A stretch of 64,000 bases of DNA, taken from positions 4,714,001-4,778,000 of the forward strand of contig NC_045697.1 of assembly GCF_009834535.1 (NCBI RefSeq), in the 5' to 3' direction. The translations under genes and the position numbers were made by a program. The stretch is from Camelus ferus (lineage: Eukaryota). Under the pieces are notes generated by a model that saw nothing but the letters and a program-made list of their open reading frames with translations, was not told the origin of the DNA and searched no databases. Positions 11,174 through 23,479 of this stretch are shown one piece after another; within the stretch, counting starts at the first letter, position 1; the number at the start of each line of letters is the position of its first letter.

Positions 11174-11705
11174 CTTAAAACAAGGGAGAAATGCAGCTGT
11201 TCAGAACTCTGAGCCCAGGTCTGTCCAGATGCAACAACTCATCCACTCTGATCACACGAAAAGGCAATGACAGGAGATCAAAACAATTTGCATCTGGACA
11301 TAGATTGCTAAGAAACAAATGAAGAGCCCGGCTTCCCTCTGTTTGGTGGGAGGTCATCTGAGCGCCAGGAGGAAAAAGAAACCCACGCTCAGACGATTGA
11401 AAACATATCAGGATGTCCCCCGGACGGATCCGCCCGGCCGCGAACCCCAAAGCCTCCGTAGCCGGCGGGGCCCTGGGGAGGCTAGGAATTGCTGGCTCTT
11501 CAGGCTGGAGGCTGACGGGCTGTGCAAGTGGGCTGTGGCCAACCTTGCCGAACTGGACAGTAATAATAGCGATAATAGTAATGCCAACACTGCCCGTTAT
11601 CCTCCACCGTTTCTTGGACCCAAGTCAGCACCTCCCAGAGGTGCCAATTTTCCTGCTTAGGTGGCAACAAGCGTCCGCAGACAAGCAGCCAGGGCCCCGC
11701 CGCAC

Positions 11706-11817
11706 CTGAGTGATCCCAAGCAGGGTCCTGTGCAGGCAGGGTCCTCGTCCTTGGGCCCTCCAGTGTCCCCTCTCTCCCGGGATGCCGGCTTCCTCCTTTT
11801 GGTCTTTAGGGGTTTCT
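11706..11817 (-). CDS. EVC: EVC coding exon (exon 20)
   Basis: 112 nt. (E)KPLKTKRRKPASRERGDTGGPKDEDPACTGPCLGSL(S); donor gtgcg. Confidence 0.93.
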
Positions 11818-12506
11818 CTGCAGGAGACACGTGAACCCAGACACTGGCTCTGCGACTTTAGGTAAGTGACAGCTTCTCTCGGGCCAAGTGTGCACTCGGT
11901 GCCTTGCTGCTCTGACACCCGCTTAACTTGGGAGGAAACTGAGGCTAGCAGGGGTGGTGAGTAGGGTGCATTTCCAAGCCCGCACGGCCAGTAGAGGGCA
12001 GTGCTGGGACTCAAACTCAGCCGGCCAGGCTCCTGCTGTGTTTCTACCACGCCCGGCAGATGGAAGCCTTCGCAGCACTGAGAACCTAAGATCACAGCTC
12101 CTGTACCGTAGCTTTTATTTTAATAGCCTTCTGCAATTTCACACACTTTCCTATCACTATCCGGTTAGCAGGCTATGACACCCTGTGATGTCACTGAAGT
12201 TCCCACTGGCAGTGGCAGAAGGGCTAATTAACCCCCTTTTACAGATGGGGAAACAGAGTCAGAGACGAGAGCTGGCTGGTGAGCAGCAGACCCAGGGATT
12301 CGGAATAATCAGAATTATTGAACGTTGGTGAGCCAGGGGCCCAAGAGGCATCCTAGCCAAGCCTGCTCATCTGCAGACAAGGACACAGACGCCCAGAGAG
12401 GGGAAGTGTGGTGCCAGGAGCCACGGGCTAGTTAGCGGCAGGCCTGGGACTAGAACCCACCCTCCCAGCCCAGAGAGCCTGCAGGGCACCGCCTTCTGCG
12501 ACTCAC

Positions 12507-12600
12507 CTGACAATCCACGCTTGTTTGCAAATGGTTTGCTCTCGGCAAGGGGCACCCGGGCCAAGGCCGCCAGCTCTGAGATGAAGCTCTGCTCAGCTTC
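12507..12600 (-). CDS. EVC: EVC coding exon (exon 19)
   Basis: 94 nt. [31 protein letters not shown]; donor gtgag. Confidence 0.95.
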
Positions 12601-13709
12601 CTGGATGCGGAGAGAGAGGGTCAGCTGGGCCTCCCCCTGTCCTACTCTGCCTCTAAGTCCCCTTCCACCAGAATGAGGCTGACACTGAGAGTGGTTGACA
12701 GGACTGAGTCCCCGAGTGGAGGACAATCCTGCAAGCAGCACCCGGAGGGGCCAGGAGCAGCAGGGGCAGGTGTGGGGGGGCCTCACCGCCCATCCTCGCT
12801 CACATTGGCCCATTTTACAGGTAAGATCACTGAGGTGAGTGGGGCTCAGGAAGAGCCAGCTGCAGAACCAGGACGTGACCCACCTCTGCCTAACTCTGGA
12901 GTTGGAGCCCTCAATTGCCAACACCATTATTCAGCCAGACAGACCTTATTCCACGACTCACTCACCATATGACACAAGGCAGTGACACATCTCTGGGACC
13001 CTCAGGTTCCTTATCTGTAACTGGGACCCTGAGAGTAACCTGCTCCTTGGCAGTTGGGTTGGGGGACATTGATGGTGCATGTAGAGCTCTCGGCTCAGTG
13101 ACTGACTACAGCAGACTTGGTAAATAAACGTCAGCCACCATTACTGTCTGATCATTGTCCCAGCTGTTACTGCCACACTGGTGGTGAAGCCTCATAAGGG
13201 GCCAACGCTCCACTCAGTGCTTCCATTCTGGAATTTTTTTTTTCTTAAAGGCAGGCACTTTGCGTCACAGCCACATCTAATCTCACGCGGATGAGCCTTT
13301 CCTGTGAGGAAAGCTGGGCTTCCTGTACGTTCTGGGTGTGAGTGGGAACCTCGGTCCCAGCAGCCCTGCCTGACGTCGGCCCCGGCCCCGAGGGGCGATG
13401 TGGCGGCAATTCCCACCCAGGACGACGCTCCCTCCTCTGGCCCCGCAGACACGCAGAGCAGTGGTCGGGGCCCGGCCCCGAGCTGGGCACCGCAGACGGG
13501 CGGGGGGGGGGGGACCCCAACTTCACAGCCCAGCGGCGAGGCTGACGCGTCCTCAGCCAGCGGGGGCCGAGGGGGTCCCGACCCGGGGCGGGTGGTCCTC
13601 GCACAGGCTCCAGTGCTGACCTGTGACCACGAGCTTGGCCCTTTCCCAGTGGAAGAAAACTCCGTAAACCACGGCCCGCTTTGCGAGGGCCCATTTCTGA
13701 GAGCTGTAC

Positions 13710-13836
13710 CTGTAGCTGGGTCTCAAGCTGGGCTTCCAGACGGTCCAAAACCCTCGCCTCCTGCTTCCGGGCATCCAGGCGGATCCGCTGGTGCACCGTG
13801 AACTGGGCCAGGAACCCTTTCTGCTGCGCCAGCATC
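13710..13836 (-). CDS. EVC: EVC coding exon (exon 18)
   Basis: 127 nt. [42 protein letters not shown]; donor gtaca. Confidence 0.95.
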
Positions 13837-14987
13837 CTGGAGGAAGGAACGCAGGGCGTCCGTGCGGCCCTTGCCTCACCTCTCCCCAGGGCCCGCCGCA
13901 TCGCGGGAATCGGTGACTGACAGCCGTGCCCTCGGAGCCGGGAGGAAGGCTGGCCACTGCAGGCACGATTTGCAGGACACAGCCTGAGTGCCCCCACTAG
14001 CGGCCGACTCACAAAAGCAGACGCCGTCTGGTTAACACCTGGGAGTTTACAGAATCTCGCACACACGTTTTCACTTGCTCCTGGACTGGCTTGCTGACCC
14101 CAGCAGGACCGAAAGGAGAAAAGCTTGTGAGAAGCTCAGGGGGACGGGGTATCCCTGAGGCCCTCCAGCTGCAAAATAGTTGAGCAGCAAGTGGCAGCTT
14201 CGTATGAGAAAATAATTTTAACCCTGGGTGGTGGCTGGGGGATAGTTTCCTGAAAGGACCCATCTTCACTTAAAATGTCAGAATTGCCCCAGCCCCTCCC
14301 TTGTAAAGCAGAAGCCTTGTTTCCTAGGATGCAGAGTCTGAGAAATCCTGAACACGGCAGCCTCGTTACTGCATGTGGCGGAGGACAGAGCTGGGGCTGC
14401 AGCGGGGACCTTGACCTACAGAGAGCCCCACCTCCTTCTCAGGAGCAGGGACTCCTCCCCTCCTGTTTTGAATACCCTCCTCTCCCCAGCCAACCTTCCT
14501 CTGGTCCTCAGCAAACAGAAATATTCAATACCACCCACTCCATCTCCATTCTTTTCAATCTTTTGTGACTGATTCTCTGAAAGAGGCTGAATGTCTAGAC
14601 CTGAAGGCAGAAGCCACCTTTAGCATCAACAGGCAGCTGTCCATGGAGTGAACCTGAAGGCACAAAATTCCACTTGCTTTTGCTTCATCCTCTTCCTTCT
14701 ACCAGTAGTACCATTCCCTTCTTCTTTATCATTGTCTAGCAAACTCCTATTCATCCTACAAGACCCCATCATCCATCACCCATCCATCCATCCACTCATC
14801 CACTTATTCATAAAAGTATTTCTGGGCTTCCGGGTGCTATGCTGGGTTTTGAAGACACAGCTGTGAATAAGAGACTCAGTCCCTGGCTTCCTGGGGCCCC
14901 ACTCGGAGCTGGATGGGGATAGATATTGAACAATCACAGCTGAGGTCAGTGCTCTACAGTACTCTCTCTCTCACCCTCAAGGAGGTG

Positions 14988-15428
14988 GCATTACTTTCCT
15001 GGGGCGGCTCTAACAATGACCACAAACTTGGGGGCTGAGAACAATAGAAATTGATTCTCTGATGAAGAGCCTAGAAACCTTCAGTCAAGGTGTGGACAGG
15101 GCCATGCTCCCTAGGGAAGCTCTAGAGGTGAACCTGCTCCTTGCCTCTTCTGGCAGCTGCAGGCAGCCCTTGGCTTGTGGCTGCATCTCTCCAATCTCTG
15201 CCTCCTTCTTCACATCATCTTCTCTGTGTGTGATCAAATGTCCCTCTGCTTCCTTGGTCATTGGGTCCAGGGCCCAATGGGACAACCCAGCATGATTGGG
15301 TCCTTTCCTCAAGATCTTCAACATAATGACATCTGCAAAGACCCTTTTTTCCAAACAAGGTCACAGGTATACGTTCCAGGGATTAGGATGTGGACATAGC
15401 CTTTGGGGCCCCCTTTCAGCCCACTACT
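14988..15428 (-). mobile_element. MaLR LTR (MLT1-like)
   Basis: TTTCCTGGGGCGGCTCTAACAATGACCACAAACTTGG...CATCTGCAAAGACCC...CAGCCCACTAC. Confidence 0.7.
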
Positions 15429-15914
15429 GAGGCTGCCTGGTGGCTTCTTGCTGTGAGCAGCCTCCACCCCCTACCTGCTCTGTCACCAGTCCTGGTCACT
15501 CCCGGCTGTCATCCTGCTGGTTGGTCTGGCTTCCCCCATGGATTTGGCTCTTGGAAATTCTGGGAGGTGACAGGACTGCACGGCAAGGGCCTGGGGGTCA
15601 GGGGTTGGGCTTCACCCTCAAGGCCGGGGGAGCCCTGGGAGGGTCCAGGAGAGTCTAAGACATCGGCTGCCTTGTGTTTCACACAATGCCTGGCTGCAGC
15701 GCAGGGAGCAGAAAGGATGGGACCACACAGGGGTCTGGCCGGAGGCTGCAGTTCTAAGCCAGGAGGGGAGTGACAAGGACTTGCTTCCAAAGTTGCACAG
15801 ACACATGCAACATTGTAAATCAACTCTACTTCAATTTAAAAAACAAAATCTAGTAGCCATCATTAAAAAAAATCTTTCAAAATAGGTATTTTAAAAATAT
15901 CCATTTCCAGAAGC

Positions 15915-16045
15915 AGGGAGGTACAGCTCAGTGGTAGAGCGTGTGCTTAGCGTGCACAAGGTCCTGGGTTCAATCCCCGGCACCTCTACTGAAATAAATA
16001 AGTAATAGACAAATAAATAGAAAAGCTCAATTACTCCCCCTTTCA
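15915..16045 (+). mobile_element. tRNA-derived SINE (vic-1-like)
   Basis: GGGAGGTACAGCTCAGTGGTAGAGCG...GGTCCTGGGTTCAATCCCCGGCACCTC followed by an AAAT tail and AATTACTCCCCC. Confidence 0.85.
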
Positions 16046-17121
16046 TAGTTAAATTCAAGTTCAAACATAAGGCGTCCATGAGCTTAGGCACCCGTCTAGG
16101 TGACTCAGACCCCTACAGCCAGGTCTACAGCCAGTCCCTCCCTCCACAGGGTGCCCCGAGGGGCAGCAGCCCTGAGCCAGGGCACCACCGGGCGGTCCCA
16201 GCACAGCCTCTGTCCTCTGTGAGGACTGTCAGAGCGTGGCTCTCCTGTCCTGGGGCCCAGGATCCGCATGTTCAGCAGGAAAGTCAAGTGAGACGGATGT
16301 CCCCAAATCTGAGAACCACTGGACCGTAGTCTGATGGGTGTACGACAGTCAGAGCAAGTCTCAGCCTCAACCCACAGGCAGGGCGTTTGCTGAGGCTGTT
16401 AACGGCAGAGGGTCTATGGAGAGGATGCTGGACTCGGCCTGACCTGGAGGATGCCGCGGTTCCTGATTCCTAAAGGAGCATCAGATGAGGGCGGGGCTTG
16501 CACTGCGGTGCGGAGCCCTCCCCTCCCCCCGTGGGGCAGTGGCCCTGCGGCTGCTTCTAGTTGGTGGGATGCTCTACTTAAGCAGGGGACCACCCCCCCG
16601 CCCCTGCAGTTGTGGTCCTGCAGCGCCCCTCCTCCGTCACAGCCCCGACGGGGACTTCCCACTGTTCTCTGCTTGTCCATTCCTCCCTGGCTGTGAGCTC
16701 CTGGCTGGGAGGTGCTGTCCCCTGCCTAGCTCAGGATCTGGGTGTGTGCTTACAGGGACACGCTGGTAATGAGCTCACATCCCCTCAGCCCACTGGTGGC
16801 CGTCTGCCCTTCGGGGGACAGATTCCACGTACGCCAATGGTTTCTTACAAGCACCTGCAACCAGGTCTCAGGGCTTCTTTTGGCCATGGGGAGGTGGGTA
16901 GGGGCTTGGCTCAAGGATGGCTGGGAGGGCTGGCGAGTTAACACCCCCAGGGCAGACTCTTAGCCAGTGTGGAATGAGGGCTGGTAGACAAATCCCCTAT
17001 TTCCCTCGCCCTTTGCTGGTGTAATTGGAAGTTGTTCTACACAGAACGTCCAGACTGGGGTTGGGCCTCAGTTGCCATGGAAACCCCTCATTATCACAGG
17101 CCTTACAGGCTTTTCTCCCAT

Positions 17122-17616
17122 TGTGGTAGGCCACACAGCGCCCCCCCCCCCCCCGGGTGTGCACGCCCTAAGCCCTGGACCACGTGAAGATGTTACGTTA
17201 CATTGCAGTCAGGACTTTGCAGGTGTGATTAAGGTTATTGACTTAAATTCAAGATTAGCCTGGGGCATCTGGATAGGTCTCAATCGCCGAAGACCGTAAA
17301 AGCAGAGAAGTTTCTCCAGCTGGGGTCAGAGAGATGCAGCAGAAGACATTCTAAGTGTGGGCAGGACTTAATGCAGCGAGATGCAGAGGCCGCGTGCAAG
17401 GACCAGAGAGAGGCCTCTAGGAGGTCAGGCAGGCCCAGGTGACAGCCACAAGGAAACGGGACCTCTGGATTCTGCTGACAACCTGAACAAGCCTGGAAGG
17501 GGTTCCTCCAGAGCCTCCAGTGAGAGCCGAGCCAGCTGACACCTGGACTGCTGATCCGGGAGATAACATACCATGTGGTTCAAGGTTGGTCCTTGTCAAG
17601 GCAGCAGCAGGAAACC
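17122..17616 (+). mobile_element. MaLR LTR (MLT1D-like)
   Basis: TGTGGTAGGC...GACTTTGCAGGTGTGATTAAG...GCAGCAGCAGGAAAC. Confidence 0.7.
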
Positions 17617-17619
17617 GTC

Positions 17620-17705
17620 TTCCTCCTCCTTTCCTCCTCCCTTCACTCCTCCCTTCCTCCTCCCTTCCCTCCTCCCTTCCTCCTCCCTTCCTCCTCCCTT
17701 CCCTG
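17620..17705. repeat. CT-rich polypyrimidine tract (TCC/TCCC)n
   Basis: Directly visible at the end of an MLT1 LTR. Confidence 0.85.
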
Positions 17706-18084
17706 CTACCTCGCTATGCTTCCTGGGGTCGCCTCCCCAGTAAACGATCTTCCCCTCTGTCCTCAGCTCAGGGTCTGCCTCTGGGGGAACCCGAAGTACA
17801 GATGGGAGGGAGGTGCCCTGTCAGGGCCACGAAGAAGACCAAGACCTGGAAACAAAGCCCCCACTGCACCTGGACGTGTGCCCTTGTGCCTGGTCCCTTC
17901 TGGGGGCCGCGTGTAGAGGGGGAGCCGGACAGAGGCTCGGGGGCTTCCATGCGGGTTGGGTAGGCAGATGATACCCAGGTCAACGGCCGAATGCATGCAA
18001 GGTCAGAGTGTGACAGAGAAACGTGTGATGCACAGGGGCCGGGGATGCCCGCCTGGGTACCCACAGACAGCAGGGAGACCTCAC

Positions 18085-18196
18085 CTCCGATGCACGGCTC
18101 CAGAGGCTCCCTGAGCTCCACCTGCCATCTGGCCCTCTGAGGAAGCGTTGCCGAGTTCTTGCTTTTTCTGCAGCTTGTAATTTTCCATCCTCTCCC
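18085..18196 (-). CDS. EVC: EVC coding exon (exon 17)
   Basis: 112 nt. [36 protein letters not shown](R); donor gtgag. Confidence 0.94.
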
Positions 18197-19913
18197 CTAG
18201 ACCATGAAACACACAATGATCAAGGTGCGTGTTTGGAGGATGGACGCAGTGCCAGGTCTGGGCCGGGTGCTGGGGTGCGAGGATCAGCAGGACAAATGGT
18301 TACCAGCCCCCGCGGTTCACCCAGGGAAGGGCTTCGTGTGCGCGAGGGTGCCGCGGCTTCCACACACCACATGCCCTGAGGAATGTACCCCGACTCTCCC
18401 TGCAACGGCTCAGCCTGGCTTTCTTGTAAGAATCAGGAGAAAAGGGAGCTGAATAAGAGTTAACACTAAGAGGCCACCACAAACACCTCAATCTCCACAC
18501 CAGAGAGGAAAAGCCACTCACCACGCAGAGCTGAGGCGTGTGGTGAGCCCTGCAGCCGTGGGTGCTGAAACGGGTGCTTTCCAAGGAGCTGGGATGTTGG
18601 GCCTCCCAAGTCCGAGGTGCACTGGCCTGCATCTCAGAACATGCTTATACTTAACTAGCTGCTACACTTACCAAGTTGCATTTAACTAGTTGCCCCACTG
18701 ACCCAGGTGCAACACCTGCCTAGCAGTGCGGTGTCAGCAGGCCGCTGACCTCCCTGAACCTGAGCCTTCTAGAGCTAACAGAGAGGTTTCACCTGAGGAT
18801 CCCCAGGGCATGGCTGTCTATAACTCTTAAGTAAAAAAGAGTTGCCTGAATTTAAAAAAAAAAAAGAGCTCATGTGATTAAGTTATGTCACTTCAACGCA
18901 TTTGCTGAGAAACCCCCTCCCTGGAGTTGGGGGATCAAGAAGCAGGAAGTCAGAGCTGGGAGGATGCACAAAGGGAGAGCCCACCCCGAGCCTCACAGAT
19001 GGGGAAACTGAGGCCCAGAGAGGGGACGTGAACACCCCGGTTCCCGAACGTTCTGCAGAGGCGATCAATCTCGTCTGTCCCCTGCTGAACGCGGCCTTAC
19101 GTTGGAAAACCACCCTGAAGGATCTGTGGCCAGCTGGCGTATTTCTGGCTTTGCCCCTGATTTTATTTGAATGTAGGGCTTACCTTCCCAGGCAAGGGGA
19201 AGGTAAGAGTGGCAGACAGCTGCGCTCGCTGAGACGTAATACTCATGGAAGACCGGCCCCAGGACCCACTGGCCGTCCTCCGTCCAGAGACCTCGGACAA
19301 CCCAGACAAAGCCCAGCAGAGAACGTGGGACCCCACCCTGTTCCAAAGCCCCAGACGTGGGAAGGGATGTTACAAGAAGAGGCCTTAAGAAACTGGCTTT
19401 TGTCTGTTACTACACGATGTCCTTGCTGGCCTGGGGATGTCATCCGCTCCATCTCCCCGGTGGCTCCTTGCGAGACCCCACAGGGGAAAACCGTCTGGGT
19501 CTCAGGCACGTTGTGGGCCACCAGGCGGTCCTTACTCACGGTCACTGTGACAGCTTTAATTGAGGGCGTCTCTATCTCTTTGGCCACCAGAAAGCCCAGA
19601 GCCCTGTCACCTCTAAGCAGGGATCTGATGACGTCTGTCCCAGACGATGGCCTATCCCTAACTCCATCCCACTGTCCTGTCCTTGTCCTGATTCATCTAC
19701 TTTGAAAAAACCCTATTTACTCCAGGGACATGTTTCTGTAAGTGCTTCTTCAAAAGCCTTTTGGGGCCAAGGCAGAGGATAACTACGTACATAAAACAGT
19801 TAAAAAATTGAATTCCCCCAGGTAAAATTTGAAACACCTGATGCTTCATTCTGTCCCGAACTAAGAGCACATCTGGCTGCTTGTGGGCAGGGCCGCCGCC
19901 GGGGGTACCATAC

Positions 19914-20058
19914 CCTGTAGGGTCTTCAGATGCTGCAGCTTCCTCTCCTCGTGGTCCTGCATGGCCCTCCCAATCTGCTGGTAATACGCGTGCACGAGCT
20001 GGCCGACGCCTGCGCTGGTCACGTAGACGCTCTCGGTCGCCGCCTCCATCAGTGTTCC
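19914..20058 (-). CDS. EVC: EVC coding exon (exon 16)
   Basis: 145 nt. [48 protein letters not shown](G); donor gtatg. Confidence 0.96.
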
Positions 20059-20199
20059 CTGCAGGCAGGAGGAGGACTCAGCAGGGAGGACGCACGCAGA
20101 GCTGGCCGCGGCTGACACGGCCCCCTGCCTCCCCTGGCTCTGGCTCCCATATTACACCCACTCCCAACCTTGGCTGGTCAGGGGCAGGCAGAATGCATG

Positions 20200-20614
20200 G
20201 CTAGTGTCGATGATCTTATTTCCCTTGGGAGGGATGGTCTGAGACTGGCTGTGTGACACAGTTCTGGCCAATGAGATGCAATACTACAAAAAGCCTACTG
20301 AGGACCTGCCCTTCCCGAACATTAAGGCAAAGCTTTGGTGTGGATGAAAGACTTTGCTGTTTCTCTCTTCCTGCCTGGAACGCAGACTTGATGTCTGGAG
20401 TGGCAGTGGCAATTTTGAGATCATTAGGCAACAAACCAACACCCAGAATGAGGGATCAGAAAGACATCGCCTGGTCCTTGGTCACATCACAGAGCCTCTG
20501 CGCCAGCCTGGAACCACCTACTTACCCATTTCTTGTAATGTAAGATCAGTAACTTCTATTTATTTGAGTACAAATTTCTGTTACTTGCAGTTATAGGCAT
20601 TCCTCAACGATACA
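20200..20614 (+). mobile_element. MaLR LTR (older MLT1 subfamily)
   Basis: TGTGACACAGTTCTGGCCAATGAGATG...TTCTGTTACTTGCAG...GATACA. Confidence 0.6.
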
Positions 20615-21185
20615 ACTTCAGGCCCAAAGCGAGGAAATGTGGAGACGCCCCATCATCGGGGACATGTGGGCTGTGCATGGGCCAAGTCACCATCTTTTAC
20701 TTCATAAAGTCATGACCAAAAGGCAGGTTCAGGAGCCCTCATTTCAACAAACACATACTGAATGGCTCCAGGCTTTGGGCAAGGAAAACACCCACTGGTT
20801 ATCGAGTGGCGGTGCCTGAGTGGCGGTGCCTGAGTGGCTGGTTATGTCCCAGTACTGAGAAATGGGCCCTCATTTGCAGGTGTGGACAGAAGCTGTGGAG
20901 GCGAAGAGGGTGGTGGCCCAGGATGCAGAGAAGGTGTGAGCGTGTCTTCTCGCTCCCCTGCTCCTCCCTGACTGTGGCCGGTTCTCCTTCCTGCTCTGTC
21001 CACATCCACGTCTGACTCCACCCGCCAAGGACTCTGAGCTGTGGCCTTGCACTTCCAGTCAGGAGCTCCCACGCAGACCCCAGGCTGCTGCTCGGCCCTA
21101 AGCTTTCCTCTCGTGCACGCCTGCCCACCCACCCCGCCCCAGTGCCTCTTGTCCCTCAGGCTCCCCAGGCTAGGTTGGCTCGCAC

Positions 21186-21392
21186 CTTGAAGCCATCCGT
21201 GTCCTTGGCCCGGCTCCTGGATGCCGCGGTCCTCGCGTGCCCCAGCAGTGCCTGCCCGATGGCTTGCTCTGTGTGCTGCTGCAGGAGCTGCCCGACCCCC
21301 TGGGCCTCGGCCACGAGCTGCTGCTGAAGCTGCAGCCGCACCTGCTGCGCCTCCTCCTCCAGCCTGCTGGCCTCCTCCAGGACGCGCGCCTC
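21186..21392 (-). CDS. EVC: EVC coding exon (exon 15)
   Basis: 207 nt. [69 protein letters not shown]; donor gtgcg. Confidence 0.96.
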
Positions 21393-22386
21393 CTGGAAAG
21401 TACAGGGCAGGGAGAGGTGGGCGCCCAGGCTGCAGCCCTGCAGAGATGCTCTGGCCAGGACCATGACCAGGATGTGGGGTCAGCCTTGCTGGGGTTCCAG
21501 GGAGACTGGGAAAGGGATGGAGAAGTGGAGGAAAGTGGGGACTCCGGGCTGGCAAAAGCCAGTACATAGTGGATGAGCCTGGGTATCTTAAAGACCCCCC
21601 AACGCATTTATTGGGCATCAATTGTGTGCCCAGTGCCATCTGCGGCTTCTCATATGTACAAGAACTTCCTCATTCTTCCAGAACACAGCGAGGCCTGAAC
21701 ACCAGGAATGATGAGGACATAGAGGCTCAGAGACGTTAAGTAACTTTCTAAAAGTCACACAGAAGAGCTGGGTTTTGAAGTCACATCTGAGTCTGAGAGT
21801 AATCTGGTACATCATGGAAGCCAAGGCAGGGAAACTGGGGCCCAGAGGTTTCCTTTCGTTGTAGGAATGAGTCGGAGAAGGCGGTGAGGGGAGTCAGAGG
21901 CAGGGCAGGAAGTCCTGCGTGCGTCCCCCCAAGCCCTCCTGGGCAGGGCAACAGAGGCTGTGAGCTTGTCCCTCCCCAGTGGGTCAAAGACATCAGCTAC
22001 TCCTACAGCTCAGCGGCTCCGTGAGACCTGGAGTCAGCCTGCTTGGGTTAAAATCCCAGCTGTGCAATTTGCAAAGTCTTTCTTTCAATTTGTTAAGACC
22101 TTAAAACAGACTACGGAGCCCTTTTCTCCCAACCCCCAATGATGACTCTACCTGTCTGTGCCCTGACTTCATACGCTTTTTTAGTGTAACTCTCATGATA
22201 ATGTACACTAGAAGCTTTGGGCACAGGTTGTCCCCTGACAGGAGGCTGCCATTGTCCCCACCACACAACAGGGGGGCGGGTGGGGGGCGGGGCAGAGCTG
22301 AGTTTCTGGCTGACCGGGCTGGAACCTGGAAGCTGAGGATGCAGCGCTCCTGCCTGGGACGGGCGGGGGGCTGGTGCACATCTTAC

Positions 22387-22597
22387 CAAGGCTCTGAGCA
22401 GCTGCCACTGATGCTCGTCCAGACACTGGGAGGAGCCCTGCTCCAGGGCGTGCTGTTCACGCAGCTCCTGGAGAAGGGTCTTCTTCCCGGACAGTCTCAT
22501 CTGGGTCAGGGTGGTGATGGTGCTGCCGCGGAGAGCCAGCCGCCGGATTGCTGAGCGCAGGAGCAGCTCATGCCCCTGCAGGATGCACTGCGTGGAC
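22387..22597 (-). CDS. EVC: EVC coding exon (exon 14)
   Basis: 211 nt. [70 protein letters not shown]; donor gtaag. Confidence 0.96.
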
Positions 22598-22655
22598 CTT
22601 TGGAGAAAGTGGGTGGGGGAGCCGGGGGTTGGTCATTGCTCTTGGCTTCACTGAG

Positions 22656-23148
22656 TGTGACGGTTAATTTTATGTGTTAACTTGACTGGGCTCCGGGGTG
22701 CCTGATGTCTGATCAAACATCATTCTGAGAGATTCTGTGAGGGTTTTTCTAGAGATTAACATTTGAATTGGTAGACTGAGTAGACTGTCCTCCCTAATGT
22801 GGTGGGCCTCATCCAATCAGTTGATGGTCTGAAGAGAAGAAAAGCCTTCTTACTCACAAGTAAGAGGGAACTCCTCCTGCCCGACTGCCTTGAATGGGTC
22901 GTGGGTTTCTCCTGTCTTTGGACTTAAACTGAAACACTGGCTCTTCTTGGATCTTGAGACTGCTGGCCTTCAGACTGGAGCTTGCACCATCAGCCCTCTT
23001 CATTTGTCACGTCTTCAGACTTGGGAGTGAAACTATATATTGGTTCTACTGAGTCTCCATCTGCAGGTCTTGGGACCTCTCAGCTTCTAAATCTCTATCT
23101 ATATCTACATTTACTGGTTCTTTTTCTTTGGAGAATCCTGACTAATAC
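22656..23148 (+). mobile_element. ERVL LTR (MLT2-like)
   Basis: TGTGACGGTTAATTTTATGTGTTAACTTGACTGGG...GAGAATCCTGACTAATAC. Confidence 0.8.
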
Positions 23149-23479
23149 CTACCAAGAAACACCCCAAACAGTCACAGCCCACAGGGAGCCTTTCCAGAAG
23201 TGGTTAAGTTGGAATTATCCTGTCCTCTGCTGACCATCCTCTCAGACATGGGTGCTTACCTCGGTTATATTCAGCAATCTGTTCTTTTATTAATCTTTTC
23301 AACCTTATCACATCTGTCCCAAGGTTCAGATGCATATATGCAGCTGCCTTCAGTACATCTCCACTCAAATTTCTTACATAAATCTCAAAATTAATACTTC
23401 CAAAACTGAAATCATGAGCTATTTTTGAGTTCCCATCTCCATGAGTCAAGTAGAAAACCTTGGTCCACCAGAGAAGCTC

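Noticed and set aside
15915..15990. Possible tRNA gene
   Set aside because: Followed by a SINE tail and repeated four times, three with TSD-like flanks; a tRNA-derived SINE.
18902..19705. 267-aa + strand ORF
   Set aside because: Begins at a non-ATG codon, overlaps MIR-like sequence, has no recognisable domain; long chance ORFs are common at this GC content.
20804..20838. GAGTGGCGGTGCCT direct repeats
   Set aside because: Simple 14-bp tandem duplication without spacers; not CRISPR-like, and the DNA is mammalian.
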